From the NCBI GenBank assembly GCA_963555995.3, contig OY821641.1:2144001-2208000 (forward strand): a stretch of 64,000 nucleotides of DNA. The letters run 5' to 3'. Position numbers and translations under genes: made by a program. Below, in pieces: positions 28,778-38,578 of this stretch; position 1 is the stretch's first letter; the number at the start of each line of letters is the position of its first letter. The notes beneath the pieces were generated by a model. That model ran no database searches. It had not been told where the DNA came from and saw only the letters and a program-made list of their open reading frames with translations. Source of the DNA: Vicinamibacteria bacterium. Lineage in GTDB: Bacteria; Acidobacteriota; Vicinamibacteria; Marinacidobacterales; Marinacidobacteraceae.

Positions 28778-29598
28778 CGTCGGTATCGCGCCACGAACGC
28801 ATCAGCGGTCAGTTGGTGGACCTGAAGATGCCGGGTTCCCTGGAAGCGCTGGACGAGGTTCTGCGGGGGGTTGACGGTGGCTTGCTGAGTGGTTCGGAAG
28901 CGATCGAGAAGCTGCTGGGGGCGCAGATCGCGCTGAGGAACAACCGCCGGTTGGAAGCGGCGATGCGTTCGAGCCGGCTTCCGGCGGTGAAGACGCTGGA
29001 GGACTTCGACTTCACGTTCCAGCCCTCGCTGCGCCGGGAGCAGATCGCCTCGCTGCACGAGCTGGACTTCATCCGGCGGAAAGAGAACGTGGTGTTCCTG
29101 GGTCCTCCCGGGGTGGGGAAGACGCACCTGGCGATCAGCCTGGCGATCCGGGCGGCGGAGCGGGGCCGGCGGGTGTACTACGGCTCGCTGCGCGACCTCA
29201 TCCAGTCCCTCCAGGAGGCGGAGCGGAAGGGGCAGTTGCGGCGGCGCCTCCGGATCCTCACGCATCCAGCGCTGCTGGTGGTGGATGAGATCGGCTATCT
29301 GCCGGTAACCCACAACGGGGCGACCCTGTTCTTCCAGCTCATCAACGAGCGCTACGAGCGGGCCTCGACGGTGCTGACCTCGAACAAGGGGTTCGAGGAG
29401 TGGGGGGCCATTCTGGGGGACGAGGTGATGGCCGCCGCGCTGCTGGACCGGCTTCTCCACCACTGTCACATTGTGAACATCCGGGGGAACAGCTACCGGA
29501 TGCGCCAGCGGGCCAACCTCGCCCGGACGCTCCACCAGGCTCCTGCCAGAAAGAACCCCGCCGCCCCCGGCGACGACAATCAGGAGGTCGCCCCGTGA
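28774..29598 (+). CDS. istB: IS21 helper ATPase
   Basis: GPPGVGKTHLA, LLVVDEIGYL, LTSNKGFEEW, LDRLLHH, GNSYR. Confidence 0.95.
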   Translation: MTSVSRHERISGQLVDLKMPGSLEALDEVLRGVDGGLLSGSEAIEKLLGAQIALRNNRRLEAAMRSSRLPAVKTLEDFDFTFQPSLRREQIASLHELDFIRRKENVVFLGPPGVGKTHLAISLAIRAAERGRRVYYGSLRDLIQSLQEAERKGQLRRRLRILTHPALLVVDEIGYLPVTHNGATLFFQLINERYERASTVLTSNKGFEEWGAILGDEVMAAALLDRLLHHCHIVNIRGNSYRMRQRANLARTLHQAPARKNPAAPGDDNQEVAP

Positions 29599-29786
29599 AC
29601 GGCGCCGGGCGTCCGCCGCGGAGCTCCGTTCGCTCCGGTCGCTCCGCTCCCTACGCTCTCTCCGTCCGCGGCGGACGCCCGGCCAGAACTCCCCTCATCG
29701 GACCCGTTCCACAACCCCCAGCCCACCAGAAAAGTGGGACATTTTCGAAGCCCAAAAGTGGGACATTTTCGGCGCCCATTGACACC

Positions 29787-30030
29787 GAATCACATAGGCT
29801 CGGCGCCGGAGACAGGCCGAATCACATAGGCTCGGGGCCGGAGACAGGCTGAATCACATAGGCTCGGCGCCGGAGACAGGCCGAATCACATAGGCTCGGG
29901 GCCGGAGACGGGCCGAATCACATAGGCTCGGGGTCGCAGACGGGCCGAATCACATAGGCTTGGGGTCGCAGGCGGGCTGAATCACATAGGCTCGGGGTCG
30001 CAGACGGGCCGAATCACACAGGCTCGGGGC
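29787..30030. repeat. 32-bp tandem repeat array, about 7.6 units after IS21
   Basis: Units start at 29787, 29819, 29851, 29883, 29915, 29947, 29979 and 30011; consensus GAATCACATAGGCTCGGSGYCGSAGRCRGGCY. Confidence 0.95.
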
Positions 30031-30067
30031 AACTCAGCGACCGGCGCCGAACCGCGGGAGCGCGGCG

Positions 30068-31648
30068 TCACGCATCCCGGACCTCGAAGCGCTCGACGTT
30101 GCGGGTCCGGCTGCTGAACTCGACCCCGATCAGGCGGATCGGCTCTCCCCCGCCCCGGTACTTGTCCGCGTAGCCCCGCTCCTCCAACTGGGCGAGCGCC
30201 GACCCCGCTCCCGACTGCTCGATCACCTTGAATTCGAACAGCCAGACCCGGCCCCCGAAGCGCACCGCCATGTCCAGCCGGCCGAGGTTCGTGCTGTCCT
30301 CCACCGTCACCTCCACCCCGAGCCCGGTGAAGTACGAATAGAAGACGCTGGCGTAGTACCCCTCGTAGCTGGCGATGTCGTTCTTCGTGTGCCACTGGTG
30401 GGGGATCCCGGCGAAGAACGCGTGGAACAGCCGCTCCAGTCCGGCGGCGTCGTTCGTCTCGAGCAGCCGGTAGAGCTGCCGCCGGTTCGTCTCGACCTGC
30501 GCGGCGTCCGGGTCGAGGACCCGCAGCAACGCGTCGTTCAGGCTCTTCCGCACTTCGAGATTGGGATATCCCAGCCGGTACTGGATCCAGTCGCCGAGCC
30601 GCTCTTCGCCCACGATCGTCAGGTAGCCGGTCTGGAACAGCAGCGCCTCGGTGCCGATGTGTTCGACGTCGAACGCGGACAGCAGGTCCGTGCTCGTCAC
30701 CAGGCCGTCGAGCCGGGGGGTGGCGATCCGCCGCCGGAACAGGCTCTCGACCAGGAACGACGGCGAGCCCGTCTCGAACCAGTGCGCCGCGAACCGGCGG
30801 GTGCGGAACAGCAGCAGCACCCCGAACGGGTTGTACATCCGCTCCGCCCCGCCCCAGCAATAGCCGTTGTACCACTCGCGGATCTTCGTGCGGTCGAGTC
30901 CCGGAAGCTCCGGGGCGAACACCGTGTCGAGGTCCGAGTCGGTGTAGCCGCAGATCGCCGAGAACGGCTCGTCCACCGTGAGGTCAATCAGGTTGTTGAG
31001 CCCGGAGAACAGGCTGACCTTGGAGAACTTGCTGACCCCGGTGAGGAAGCTGAAGCGGAGGTGAGCGTCCGCCTCCTTGACGACGCCGTAGAGCCCGCGC
31101 AGGAAGTCCCGGTTCTTCCGCGCTGTCTCGCGTCCCGCCGGGCTGCCGTTCTCGTCCGGAGGCCCCGAGAACAGCGCGTCGAGGATCGGCTTGTCGTACT
31201 CGTCCACCAGCAGCGCCCCCCGCTGCCCGGTCCGCTCGTGCAGTTCACGAAGCAGCCGGTGCAACCGCAACGGCGGTGCGAGGGACTCCGGCGCGATCCC
31301 CGCCTCCTTCTCGGCATCCTCCAATTGGGTGGAGACCGCTTCCGCCAGGTAGCCCTGTTCCCGGTAGTTCCCGCTGCCGAAGCTGAGGCGCACCACCGGA
31401 TGGCGCACCGACCAGTCCCAGCAGTCGTGGATCGCGAGGCCCCGGAAGAGCGGCTCGTTTCCCTCGAACAGCTCCTTCATCGTGTCGAGCAGCAGGCTCT
31501 TGCCGAACCGCCGGGGGCGCGACAGGAAGTAGTGGCTTCCCCCTTCCACCAGCCGCCCGATCCAGCGCGTCTTGTCCACGTAGTAGGAGTCCGTCTCCCG
31601 GATCTTCCGGAAGGTCTGGATACCGATGGGAAGTTGCCGCCGCCGCAC
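30068..31648 (-). CDS. AAA-ATPase-like protein with C-terminal PD-(D/E)XK nuclease (AAA-ATPase_like + PDDEXK_9 architecture)
   Basis: LPIGIQTF, YYVDKT, SRPRRFGKS, VDEYDKP, WFETGSP, YPNLEV, GRLDM...FEFK. Confidence 0.9.
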   Translation of the reverse strand: MRRRQLPIGIQTFRKIRETDSYYVDKTRWIGRLVEGGSHYFLSRPRRFGKSLLLDTMKELFEGNEPLFRGLAIHDCWDWSVRHPVVRLSFGSGNYREQGYLAEAVSTQLEDAEKEAGIAPESLAPPLRLHRLLRELHERTGQRGALLVDEYDKPILDALFSGPPDENGSPAGRETARKNRDFLRGLYGVVKEADAHLRFSFLTGVSKFSKVSLFSGLNNLIDLTVDEPFSAICGYTDSDLDTVFAPELPGLDRTKIREWYNGYCWGGAERMYNPFGVLLLFRTRRFAAHWFETGSPSFLVESLFRRRIATPRLDGLVTSTDLLSAFDVEHIGTEALLFQTGYLTIVGEERLGDWIQYRLGYPNLEVRKSLNDALLRVLDPDAAQVETNRRQLYRLLETNDAAGLERLFHAFFAGIPHQWHTKNDIASYEGYYASVFYSYFTGLGVEVTVEDSTNLGRLDMAVRFGGRVWLFEFKVIEQSGAGSALAQLEERGYADKYRGGGEPIRLIGVEFSSRTRNVERFEVRDA

Positions 31649-31682
31649 CGGAACACCTTAGCCGAATGCCCGGCCGGCGCGC

Positions 31683-32327
31683 CTACGGTGGGGAAGGCGC
31701 GGGACCGGCGGCGGCGAGGCTGGCCTGGAGCTCGCGTTCCACCGCGTCGGCCACGATGCGGTACCCCGCCGCCGAATAGTGGGATCCCTGGAGGTAACGG
31801 AGCGATTCCGCCGGGCGGCCCGTGGCGATGAAGGCGGCGCGGATGTCCACGACCGGCAGGCCCAGGCGCTCGAAGAGCCCGAACAGGCGCTCGCGGTGCA
31901 GGAACAGGGACCCGGGGCGGAAGGTAGGCAGATAGACCATGACGAGTTCGCCCCCCAGTCGCGGGAGGTATCCCGGGGGGAGTTCCGTGTCGTCATCCAC
32001 AAAGAAGACGTAGTCGCCACGCGAGCGCTTGAGCGCCAGGTTGCGCGCGCGGGTCAACGAACGGACCCCGAGCGGCAAGACCCGTATGTCGAGGTGACGG
32101 AACGGTCGGACCACCCGCTCGGTGCGACCGAGGTCCCCCTGCTCGACAAGGATCACCTCGTCGAAACCGGGAGTCACCCGGGCCACGGACCTGAGGCAGC
32201 GAGCCAGGTCTTCGGGACGATTCAGCGTGGCGATGACGAGCGTGGTGACCGGCTGTCGTCCGCTCCGGGGAACCGCAGTGTCCTGCTCCTGAGGCGACAG
32301 CGAACTGTACTCGCCGGTCGGGATCAT
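31683..32327 (-). pseudogene. Chimeric ORF: GT2 glycosyltransferase N-terminus fused to an SGNH-hydrolase-like C-terminus
   Basis: VIATLNRPEDL...ARNLAL...FFVDDD, then abruptly GELVMVYLP...VVDI...GSHYSAAGYRIVA. Confidence 0.55.
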
Positions 32328-32456
32328 GGCCCTCGCGGGAGGCCAGCCGGTCGCCCGGCCGCCCGGCAGGCGGCGCGTCGCCCGGGGCGCAACCCCCACG
32401 GCGCGGCGGGCAGGCGTGGGCTGCGGCTCCCGTCCGGTTCGTGACACCCTTGTCCG

Positions 32457-33812
32457 ATGAGCGGCGCGGGAGCGGGCGACAGACTCCAGCGGCGGATGGG
32501 GCTGCTCGGGGCCACCTCGACGAACATCATCGGGATGGTCGGGATCGGTCCCTTCCTGACCATCCCGCTGATGGTGTACGCGATGGGCGGGCCGCACATC
32601 ATCTGGGCGTGGCTGGTGGGCGCGCTCCTCTCGCTCGCCGACGGCCTCGTATACGCGCAGCTCGGCGCCGCGCTGCCGGGCAGCGGCGGGCCCTACATCT
32701 ACCTGCGGGAGGCGTTCCGGCCGTTCGGACTGGGGCGTCTGATGGCCTTCCTGTTCCTGTTCCACATCCTGCTGGTGGCGCCCCTCTCGCTCGCCGGCGG
32801 CGCGGTGGGCTTCGCCGACTACCTCGGCTTCTACCTCCCCGATTTGACGGGGCTCCCGCACCACCTCGCCGCCGCCGGCGTCTGCCTGCTGGTGCTGTTC
32901 CTGCTCTACCGGAACATTGATTCCGTCGAGCGCCTCTCGAAGGCAATGCTCGCGCTCGTTCTCGCCACCACCGGCTGGGTGATCGTGGCCGGCCTCATCG
33001 AGAGCCCGGGACTTCCCTCGTTCATGCCGCCCCAGGGCTTCGACGCCGGCTTCTGGCCCGCGCTCGGCGCGGCATCCGTGATCGCGATGTACAGCTTCGG
33101 CGGCTACAACCAGGTCTGCAACATCGCGGGCGAGGTGAAGGACCCGGAGCGCAACGTGCCGCGCTCCATCCTGCTCTCGATCCTGGTGGTGGCGGTCCTC
33201 TACATCGCCATGACCACGGTGATGCTCGAACTGATCCCGTGGCAGGAAGCGGAGGCGACCCGCACCCTGGCTTCCATCTTCATCGCCCGCACGGTGGAGG
33301 ACCCGGGACTCGCGCAGCTCGCCGGGTCCGTCATCACCGCGCTGATCCTCTTCGTGGCGGTGGCCTCGGTGTTCGCCTTCGCGCTCGGCTATTCGCGGAT
33401 GCCCTACGCCGCCGCGCGCGACGGGCAGTTCTTCGCCATCTTCGGGAAGGTCCACCCGACCCGCGGCTTCCCCCACGTCTCCCTCGTCTGGCTGATCGCG
33501 GTCTCCATCCCCTTCTGCTTCTTCAGCCTGGGCGAACTCATCAACTGGCTCATGCAAGTCCAGATCCTGCTGCGCTTCGCCTGGCAGTGCGTCGCGGTGC
33601 TCCTGATCGCCCGCTACCGGCCGGACATCCCCCAGCCCTTCCGGATGTGGCTCTACCCGATCCCGGCGCTCCTCTCGCTCGCGCTCTGGATCGCGCTCTT
33701 CTTCACCGGGCCGCCCACCGGGGTCTGGTTCTCGCTGGGGTTCCTGGGCCTCGGCCTGGTCGCCTACTGGGTCTTCCGGAAACGGCAGGCCGCCCTGCCC
33801 TCGTCCGACTGA
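32457..33812 (+). CDS. APC-family amino acid permease
   Basis: GMVGIGPF, YAQLGAALPGSGGPYIYL, AGEVKDPERNVPRS, YSRMPYAAARDG. Confidence 0.9.
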   Translation: MSGAGAGDRLQRRMGLLGATSTNIIGMVGIGPFLTIPLMVYAMGGPHIIWAWLVGALLSLADGLVYAQLGAALPGSGGPYIYLREAFRPFGLGRLMAFLFLFHILLVAPLSLAGGAVGFADYLGFYLPDLTGLPHHLAAAGVCLLVLFLLYRNIDSVERLSKAMLALVLATTGWVIVAGLIESPGLPSFMPPQGFDAGFWPALGAASVIAMYSFGGYNQVCNIAGEVKDPERNVPRSILLSILVVAVLYIAMTTVMLELIPWQEAEATRTLASIFIARTVEDPGLAQLAGSVITALILFVAVASVFAFALGYSRMPYAAARDGQFFAIFGKVHPTRGFPHVSLVWLIAVSIPFCFFSLGELINWLMQVQILLRFAWQCVAVLLIARYRPDIPQPFRMWLYPIPALLSLALWIALFFTGPPTGVWFSLGFLGLGLVAYWVFRKRQAALPSSD

Positions 33813-33848
33813 GCCCGGTTAGCGTCCGGAGGCAAGGCGGCCCGGGCG

Positions 33849-34547
33849 CTACCGCCGGACGAGCTTGCCGTCCCGGTAGAACTCCTCCCGGACGGTCCCG
33901 TTTCTCATCCGGATCGTCCAGCGGCCTTCCCGCTTGCCTTCCGCGTAGTTTCCACGGGCCGTCCCCGACCCGGGAAAGCGGTGGACAAAGGGTCCGTGTC
34001 GCTTTCCCGCCACCATCGGACCTTCCTCGATGCTTCCGCTCGCGTACGTGAACACCCAGGGCCCCTCCGCCACGCCGTCCACGTAGGAGCCTTCGGCCCG
34101 GTCTCCGTCGGCTTCACGGGACACCCAGTGACCGTGCCGACTGCCCTCGACGAAGGGTCCTTCCTCAACGCCGCCCGCACCGTCGCGAAGGATCCAGACT
34201 CCGTGTCGTTGGCCGGCGACCAACGGTCCCTCCTCCCGGCCCCCGTCGGGGAAAATGAGGACCCAGTGGCCCTCCTGTACGCCGCGGACGAAGGGGCCTT
34301 CCTCGACCTGCCCGTCGGGGCCGCGCAGGACCCACGGGCCATGGCGCTCTCCAAACTCGAAGGTTCCTTCCTCGATCCGTCCGTCGGGCCAGCGGAGCAC
34401 CCAGTGGCCGTGACGTTTCCCGTCCCGAAAGGGCCCGTTCGCCTCGGCCTCCTGCGCCGTCGGGGACGCCTCCACCCGCGCCGGTCGCCCACATACCAGG
34501 AGAACTGCCGTCAACGCGGCGGCGCCGCACGTTCTCGTGATCCGCAT
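33849..34547 (-). CDS. Exported MORN-variant repeat protein (YwqK-like)
   Basis: Signal peptide then 8 repeats of about 23 aa, G-x-F-x-x-G-x-R-H-G-x-W-V-x(3)-P-D-G-x(2)-E-E. Confidence 0.75.
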   Translation of the reverse strand: MRITRTCGAAALTAVLLVCGRPARVEASPTAQEAEANGPFRDGKRHGHWVLRWPDGRIEEGTFEFGERHGPWVLRGPDGQVEEGPFVRGVQEGHWVLIFPDGGREEGPLVAGQRHGVWILRDGAGGVEEGPFVEGSRHGHWVSREADGDRAEGSYVDGVAEGPWVFTYASGSIEEGPMVAGKRHGPFVHRFPGSGTARGNYAEGKREGRWTIRMRNGTVREEFYRDGKLVRR

Positions 34548-34660
34548 CGGGGATGGCCTGCACCGCAGAGTAGCAGCGGTCACACGGAGTGGCACGACCG
34601 CGTAAGTCGGCCGGTTCTTCCCGCCTGGAGGTCGGTGCTCGTATCCTTCAGCGGACTCCC

Positions 34661-35737
34661 ATGAGAACTCCGGCCGGAAAGCGCGCGGCGGGGTTCATAG
34701 CGGTCACCCTCGCACTTCTGCTTCCCGGCGCCCCGGCGCCGGGGCAGGAGGCGTTCCGGCTCGGCGACATCACGGCGGAACCCGGGCACGCCGTGTCCGG
34801 CCGCCTCGACGTCGCTCCCTCCGGCGGTGACGCGGGAACCTTCCTGCCCCTCACCGTCGTGCACGGGGCCCGTCCAGGCCCCGTGCTCACCCTGGTGGCG
34901 GGCATTCACGGCTCCGAATACGCGCCGATCCTGGCCATGCAGCGCCTGCGGCCGCTGCTGGACCCGGCGGAGATCACCGGGACGGTGGTCCTGGTCCACA
35001 TGGCCAACCTGCCGGCGTTCCTGGGCCGGACGATCTACTTCAGCCCCGTCGACCGGAAGAACCTGAACCGGGTGTTCCCGGGGAAGTCGGACGGCACCCT
35101 CAGCGAGCGCATCGCCTACGTCCTCACCGAGGAAGTCATCGCCCGCTCGGACTTCCTGATGGACATCCACTCCGGAGACGGCAACGAGTGGCTCCGCCCC
35201 TCGTACACCGGCTACTACGCCGAGGCGGGGGGCGCCGAGGTGATCGAGAAGTCCCGGCGGATGGCCGTCGCGTTCGGCCTCGACCCCATCGTCGAGTTCA
35301 AGGGCGACCTGGACCCGAGCCGCGCGATCTGGTGCGGGGCCGCGGCGGTGGCGCGCGGCATCCCGTCCATCGACGTGGAGTCCGGCGAGATGGGCCTCAT
35401 CGAGGACCGGACCATCGCTCCGATCGTGGACGGGGTGCTGAGCGTGATGCGCGATCTCGGGATGGCGCCGGGAGACTCCAACCCGACCGAGAACCCGCTG
35501 TTCATCCGGGAGCGCGCCTACGCGACCAGCGAACACGACGGCGTCTGGGAGCCGGATCCGCTGGTCAAGGCCGGCCAGTACGTCGCGAAGGGCGCCCGGC
35601 TGGGGCTGGTGCGGGACTTCCACGGCAACCCGCTCGCGGAGGTCCGGGCGCCGGCCGCCGGAATGATGCTCATCCTGCTCGGGACCCCGCCGGTGAACCG
35701 CGGCGAGACGCTTGCGGTGATCGCCCAGGTGGAGTAA
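34661..35737 (+). CDS. Succinylglutamate desuccinylase/aspartoacylase family (M14) protein
   Basis: AGIHGSEY, NLNRVFPG, DIHSG, DVESG; C-terminal lipoyl-like barrel; signal peptide. Confidence 0.9.
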   Translation: MRTPAGKRAAGFIAVTLALLLPGAPAPGQEAFRLGDITAEPGHAVSGRLDVAPSGGDAGTFLPLTVVHGARPGPVLTLVAGIHGSEYAPILAMQRLRPLLDPAEITGTVVLVHMANLPAFLGRTIYFSPVDRKNLNRVFPGKSDGTLSERIAYVLTEEVIARSDFLMDIHSGDGNEWLRPSYTGYYAEAGGAEVIEKSRRMAVAFGLDPIVEFKGDLDPSRAIWCGAAAVARGIPSIDVESGEMGLIEDRTIAPIVDGVLSVMRDLGMAPGDSNPTENPLFIRERAYATSEHDGVWEPDPLVKAGQYVAKGARLGLVRDFHGNPLAEVRAPAAGMMLILLGTPPVNRGETLAVIAQVE

Positions 35738-35784
35738 GCACGCGAACCCCCGCCGCGGCGGGCGCCCAAGGCGGATAGCGGTAC

Positions 35785-37240
35785 GTGATCCGCGGGCCTC
35801 CGGCCCGCTGTGCTGGCTGAAACCGGCCCAGTTGCTGTGAAAATGCAGTCTCGCCAGTCCACCGACCGCCGCAATGGCGCTGCCGGCTGGGAACGCCGGC
35901 TTCAGCCGGCACGAGCTGCGCGCCAGCGCAGCGCACGGCACGAAGCTGACCTGCACGATGGCGTTCGGCTCTCGATCCATCGCTGCGAACCGCGGCGGGA
36001 CGTCCGCGAGCCTTCGGCTCGGTGTGCCGGCTGAAGCCGGCGCTCCAAGCCGTTTTCATGACCGGCGGGGTGCGCAGGAGGACCGGGCATGGGCGTTTGC
36101 TGTGAAAATGCAGTTTGGGCGAAAGCTCAACCAGCGTCCGTTGCGCCGCCGGCTGGGAGCGCCGGTCTTCAGACCGGCACGCGCTGCGCGGTAGCGCAGC
36201 GCACGGCGCCACGGCGAGCGGCGCGGTGGTGCTCTGCTCTCGGTTCATCATTGCAGACAGCGACACGACATCTGCGGGCCTTCGGCCCGCTGTGCCGCTC
36301 TGAAGAGCGGCGCTCCCAGCCGTTCCCGCCGTTTTCATGCCCGGCGGGGTGTGCAGGAGGACCGGGCATGGGCGTTTGCTGTGAAAATGCAGTTTGGGCG
36401 AAAGCTCAACCAGCGTCCGTTGCGCCGCCGGCTGGGAGCGCCGGTCTTCAGACCGGCACGCGCTGCGCGGTAGCGCAGCGCACGGCGCCACGGCGAGCGG
36501 CGCGGTGGTGCTCTGCTCTCGGTTCATCATTGCAGACAGCGACACGACATCTGCGGGCCTTCGGCCCGCTGTGCCGCTCTGAAGAGCGGCGCTCCCAGCC
36601 GTTCCCGCCGTTTTCATGCCCGGCGGGGTGTGCAGGAGGACCGGGCATGGGCATTTGCTGTGAAAATGCAGTTTGGGCGAAAGCTCAACCAGCGTCCGTT
36701 GCGCCGCCGGCTGGGAGCGCCGGTCTTCAGACCGGCACGCGCTGCGCGGTAGCGCAGCGCACGGCGCCACGGCGAGCGGCGCGGTGGTGCTCTGCTCTCG
36801 GTTCATCATTGCAGACAGCGACACGACATCTGCGGGCCTTCGGCCCGCTGTGCCGCTCTGAAGAGCGGCGCTCCCAGCCGTTCCCGCCGTTTTCATGCCC
36901 GGCGGGGTGTGCAGGAGGACCGGGCATGGGCATTTGCTGTGAAAATGCAGTTTGGGCGAAAGCTCAACCAGCGTCCGTTGCGCCGCCGGCTGGGAGCGCC
37001 GGTCTTCAGACCGGCATGCGCGGTAGCGCAGCGCACGGCGCCACGGCGAGCGGCGCGGTGGTGCTCTGCTCTCGGTTCATCATTGCAGACAGCGACACGA
37101 CATCTGCGGGCCTTCGGCCCGCTGTGCCGCTCTGAAGAGCGGCGCTCCCAGCCGTTCCCGCCGTTTTCATGCCCGGCGGGGTGTGCAGGAGGACCGATCA
37201 TGACGGTTTCTCCCCGTGGGGGCTCCAAGCCGGCGGCGCC
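35785..37240. repeat. Tandem array of 279-bp REP-doublet units (4 near-identical units, 1 diverged, plus fragments)
   Basis: GACCGGGCATGGGC recurs at 36081, 36360, 36639 and 36918; the last unit is 274 bp (5-bp deletion); each unit carries inverted REPs. Confidence 0.95.
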
Positions 37241-38578
37241 CTACTTCATCCGGCGGATGATCGGCAGTCCCCAGAAATAGAGCGCGGTGAGATCCACCCC
37301 CCGCGCGATGAGCGTGGCCCAGGACGCCGCGTAGACACCCACCATGTTCACCGGCTGGATCAGCACCCAGAGGACGAACAGGACCGCCAGGGTCTCGATG
37401 AGGCCGGCCCAGGTGATGGCGCGGGTCTCGGTGCTCCAGACCAGCAGCGCCCGGTAGAAGGCAAGCAGCACCGAGAAGATCGGCATCGTCACCAGGATCT
37501 GGAGCGCCGGCACCGAAAGGTCCACCAGGTTCGGGGCGAGTCCCGCCACGTGCTGGAACCAGAGACCGGAGAGCGGGGTGAGGGCCATGACGCCCTGCAG
37601 CACGCACGCCCCCGCCCCGAGGCCGAGGGCGAAGCGCACCAGCTTGTCGAACCGCTGGCGGCTTCCGTCCATGAAGGCGATGGCGACCTCCTGGAAGGAG
37701 AGGCCCATGCTCCGGAAGACGAAGGCGAGCGCCGCGACCACCGGGTAGGTCGCGAGCGATTCGAGGGCGAGGCGGGAATGCCCGAGGAACAGGTTGACCA
37801 GCGGGTGGATCGCGAGCGCGATCACCGAGCTGACCAGCAGCGGGATGTAGAAGTGGAGGATCTTCGGATTCGTCAGGGGCTCGCCGTTCCGGGGAGTCGC
37901 GAGCACCTCGCGCACGCAGTCGGCCACCATGAACCGGGTGGCGACCGCCTCGACCACCACCGCCACCGAGAGCGCCGCCGCCCCGATGAGCGCGCCCGGT
38001 ATCGAGGCGCCGAAGAGCAGCCAGGCGGTGACCGCCATCCCCGAGAGCCGGATGGTGGTCCCGTAGGCGATCCGGCGGGTGTGGCCGTGCCGCACGAGGA
38101 GCCCCTGGTAGAAGCGCCGGAAGCCGATGGCCGCCGGCCAGGGCAACAGCACCAGCAGGGCCTGCCGGCTCAGTTCGGCGACCTGCGCGTCGAGGCCCAT
38201 CACCGTCTGGGCGACCCACGGATAGAGCGGCGACAAGGTCCAGACGAGCGTGAGCAGGGTCAGCCCCAGGTTCAGCGCCGCCCCGAAGCGGCGCAGCGAA
38301 CGGAACGCCTCGCGGTCCTTGCAGAGCGCGGTGGAGGCGCTCAGCATCATGATGATCGGCGCCTCGAGGATCAGCGCGAAGGCGAAGGCGACCCCGAACG
38401 CCGCGAGGTTCACGGTCGCGTCGGGAAGCCGGGCTACCACCGCGGCCACCAACAGCCCTTCGACGGACATCATGATCCAGGTGGCCGCCATCGGCAGCCA
38501 CACCCAGAAGATCCGGCTGGTGGTGAGCGGCGCCCGCGGCGGGGCCGCCTCCGGGGTCTTCCCGAACGTGGGGGTCAC
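37241..38578 (-). CDS. MATE/MOP-superfamily multi-pass membrane protein (ANKH-like)
   Basis: About 12 hydrophobic segments with a two-fold internal repeat (WLPMAATW / YIPLLVSS; LAAFGVA / LATYPVV); RRFYQGLL. Confidence 0.7.
   Translation of the reverse strand: MTPTFGKTPEAAPPRAPLTTSRIFWVWLPMAATWIMMSVEGLLVAAVVARLPDATVNLAAFGVAFAFALILEAPIIMMLSASTALCKDREAFRSLRRFGAALNLGLTLLTLVWTLSPLYPWVAQTVMGLDAQVAELSRQALLVLLPWPAAIGFRRFYQGLLVRHGHTRRIAYGTTIRLSGMAVTAWLLFGASIPGALIGAAALSVAVVVEAVATRFMVADCVREVLATPRNGEPLTNPKILHFYIPLLVSSVIALAIHPLVNLFLGHSRLALESLATYPVVAALAFVFRSMGLSFQEVAIAFMDGSRQRFDKLVRFALGLGAGACVLQGVMALTPLSGLWFQHVAGLAPNLVDLSVPALQILVTMPIFSVLLAFYRALLVWSTETRAITWAGLIETLAVLFVLWVLIQPVNMVGVYAASWATLIARGVDLTALYFWGLPIIRRMK

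Larger units (their letters stand above)
27596..29784 (+). mobile_element. IS21-family insertion sequence
   Basis: TG...CA ends, tandem AAAWGTCCCACT motifs in both IRs, 6-bp target duplication CCGAAT (27590-27595 / 29785-29790), istA-istB. Confidence 0.95.

Noticed and set aside
29787-30030. CRISPR or TIGR-type guide array
   Set aside because: The variable halves are near-identical variants rather than unique spacers; no cas or Nop-domain gene is adjacent
36081-37195. Repeat-protein ORFs (36089..37135 +, 35670..36896 -) or a CRISPR array
   Set aside because: The frames are open because the 279-bp period is divisible by 3; the sequence is the intergenic REP unit and has no spacers
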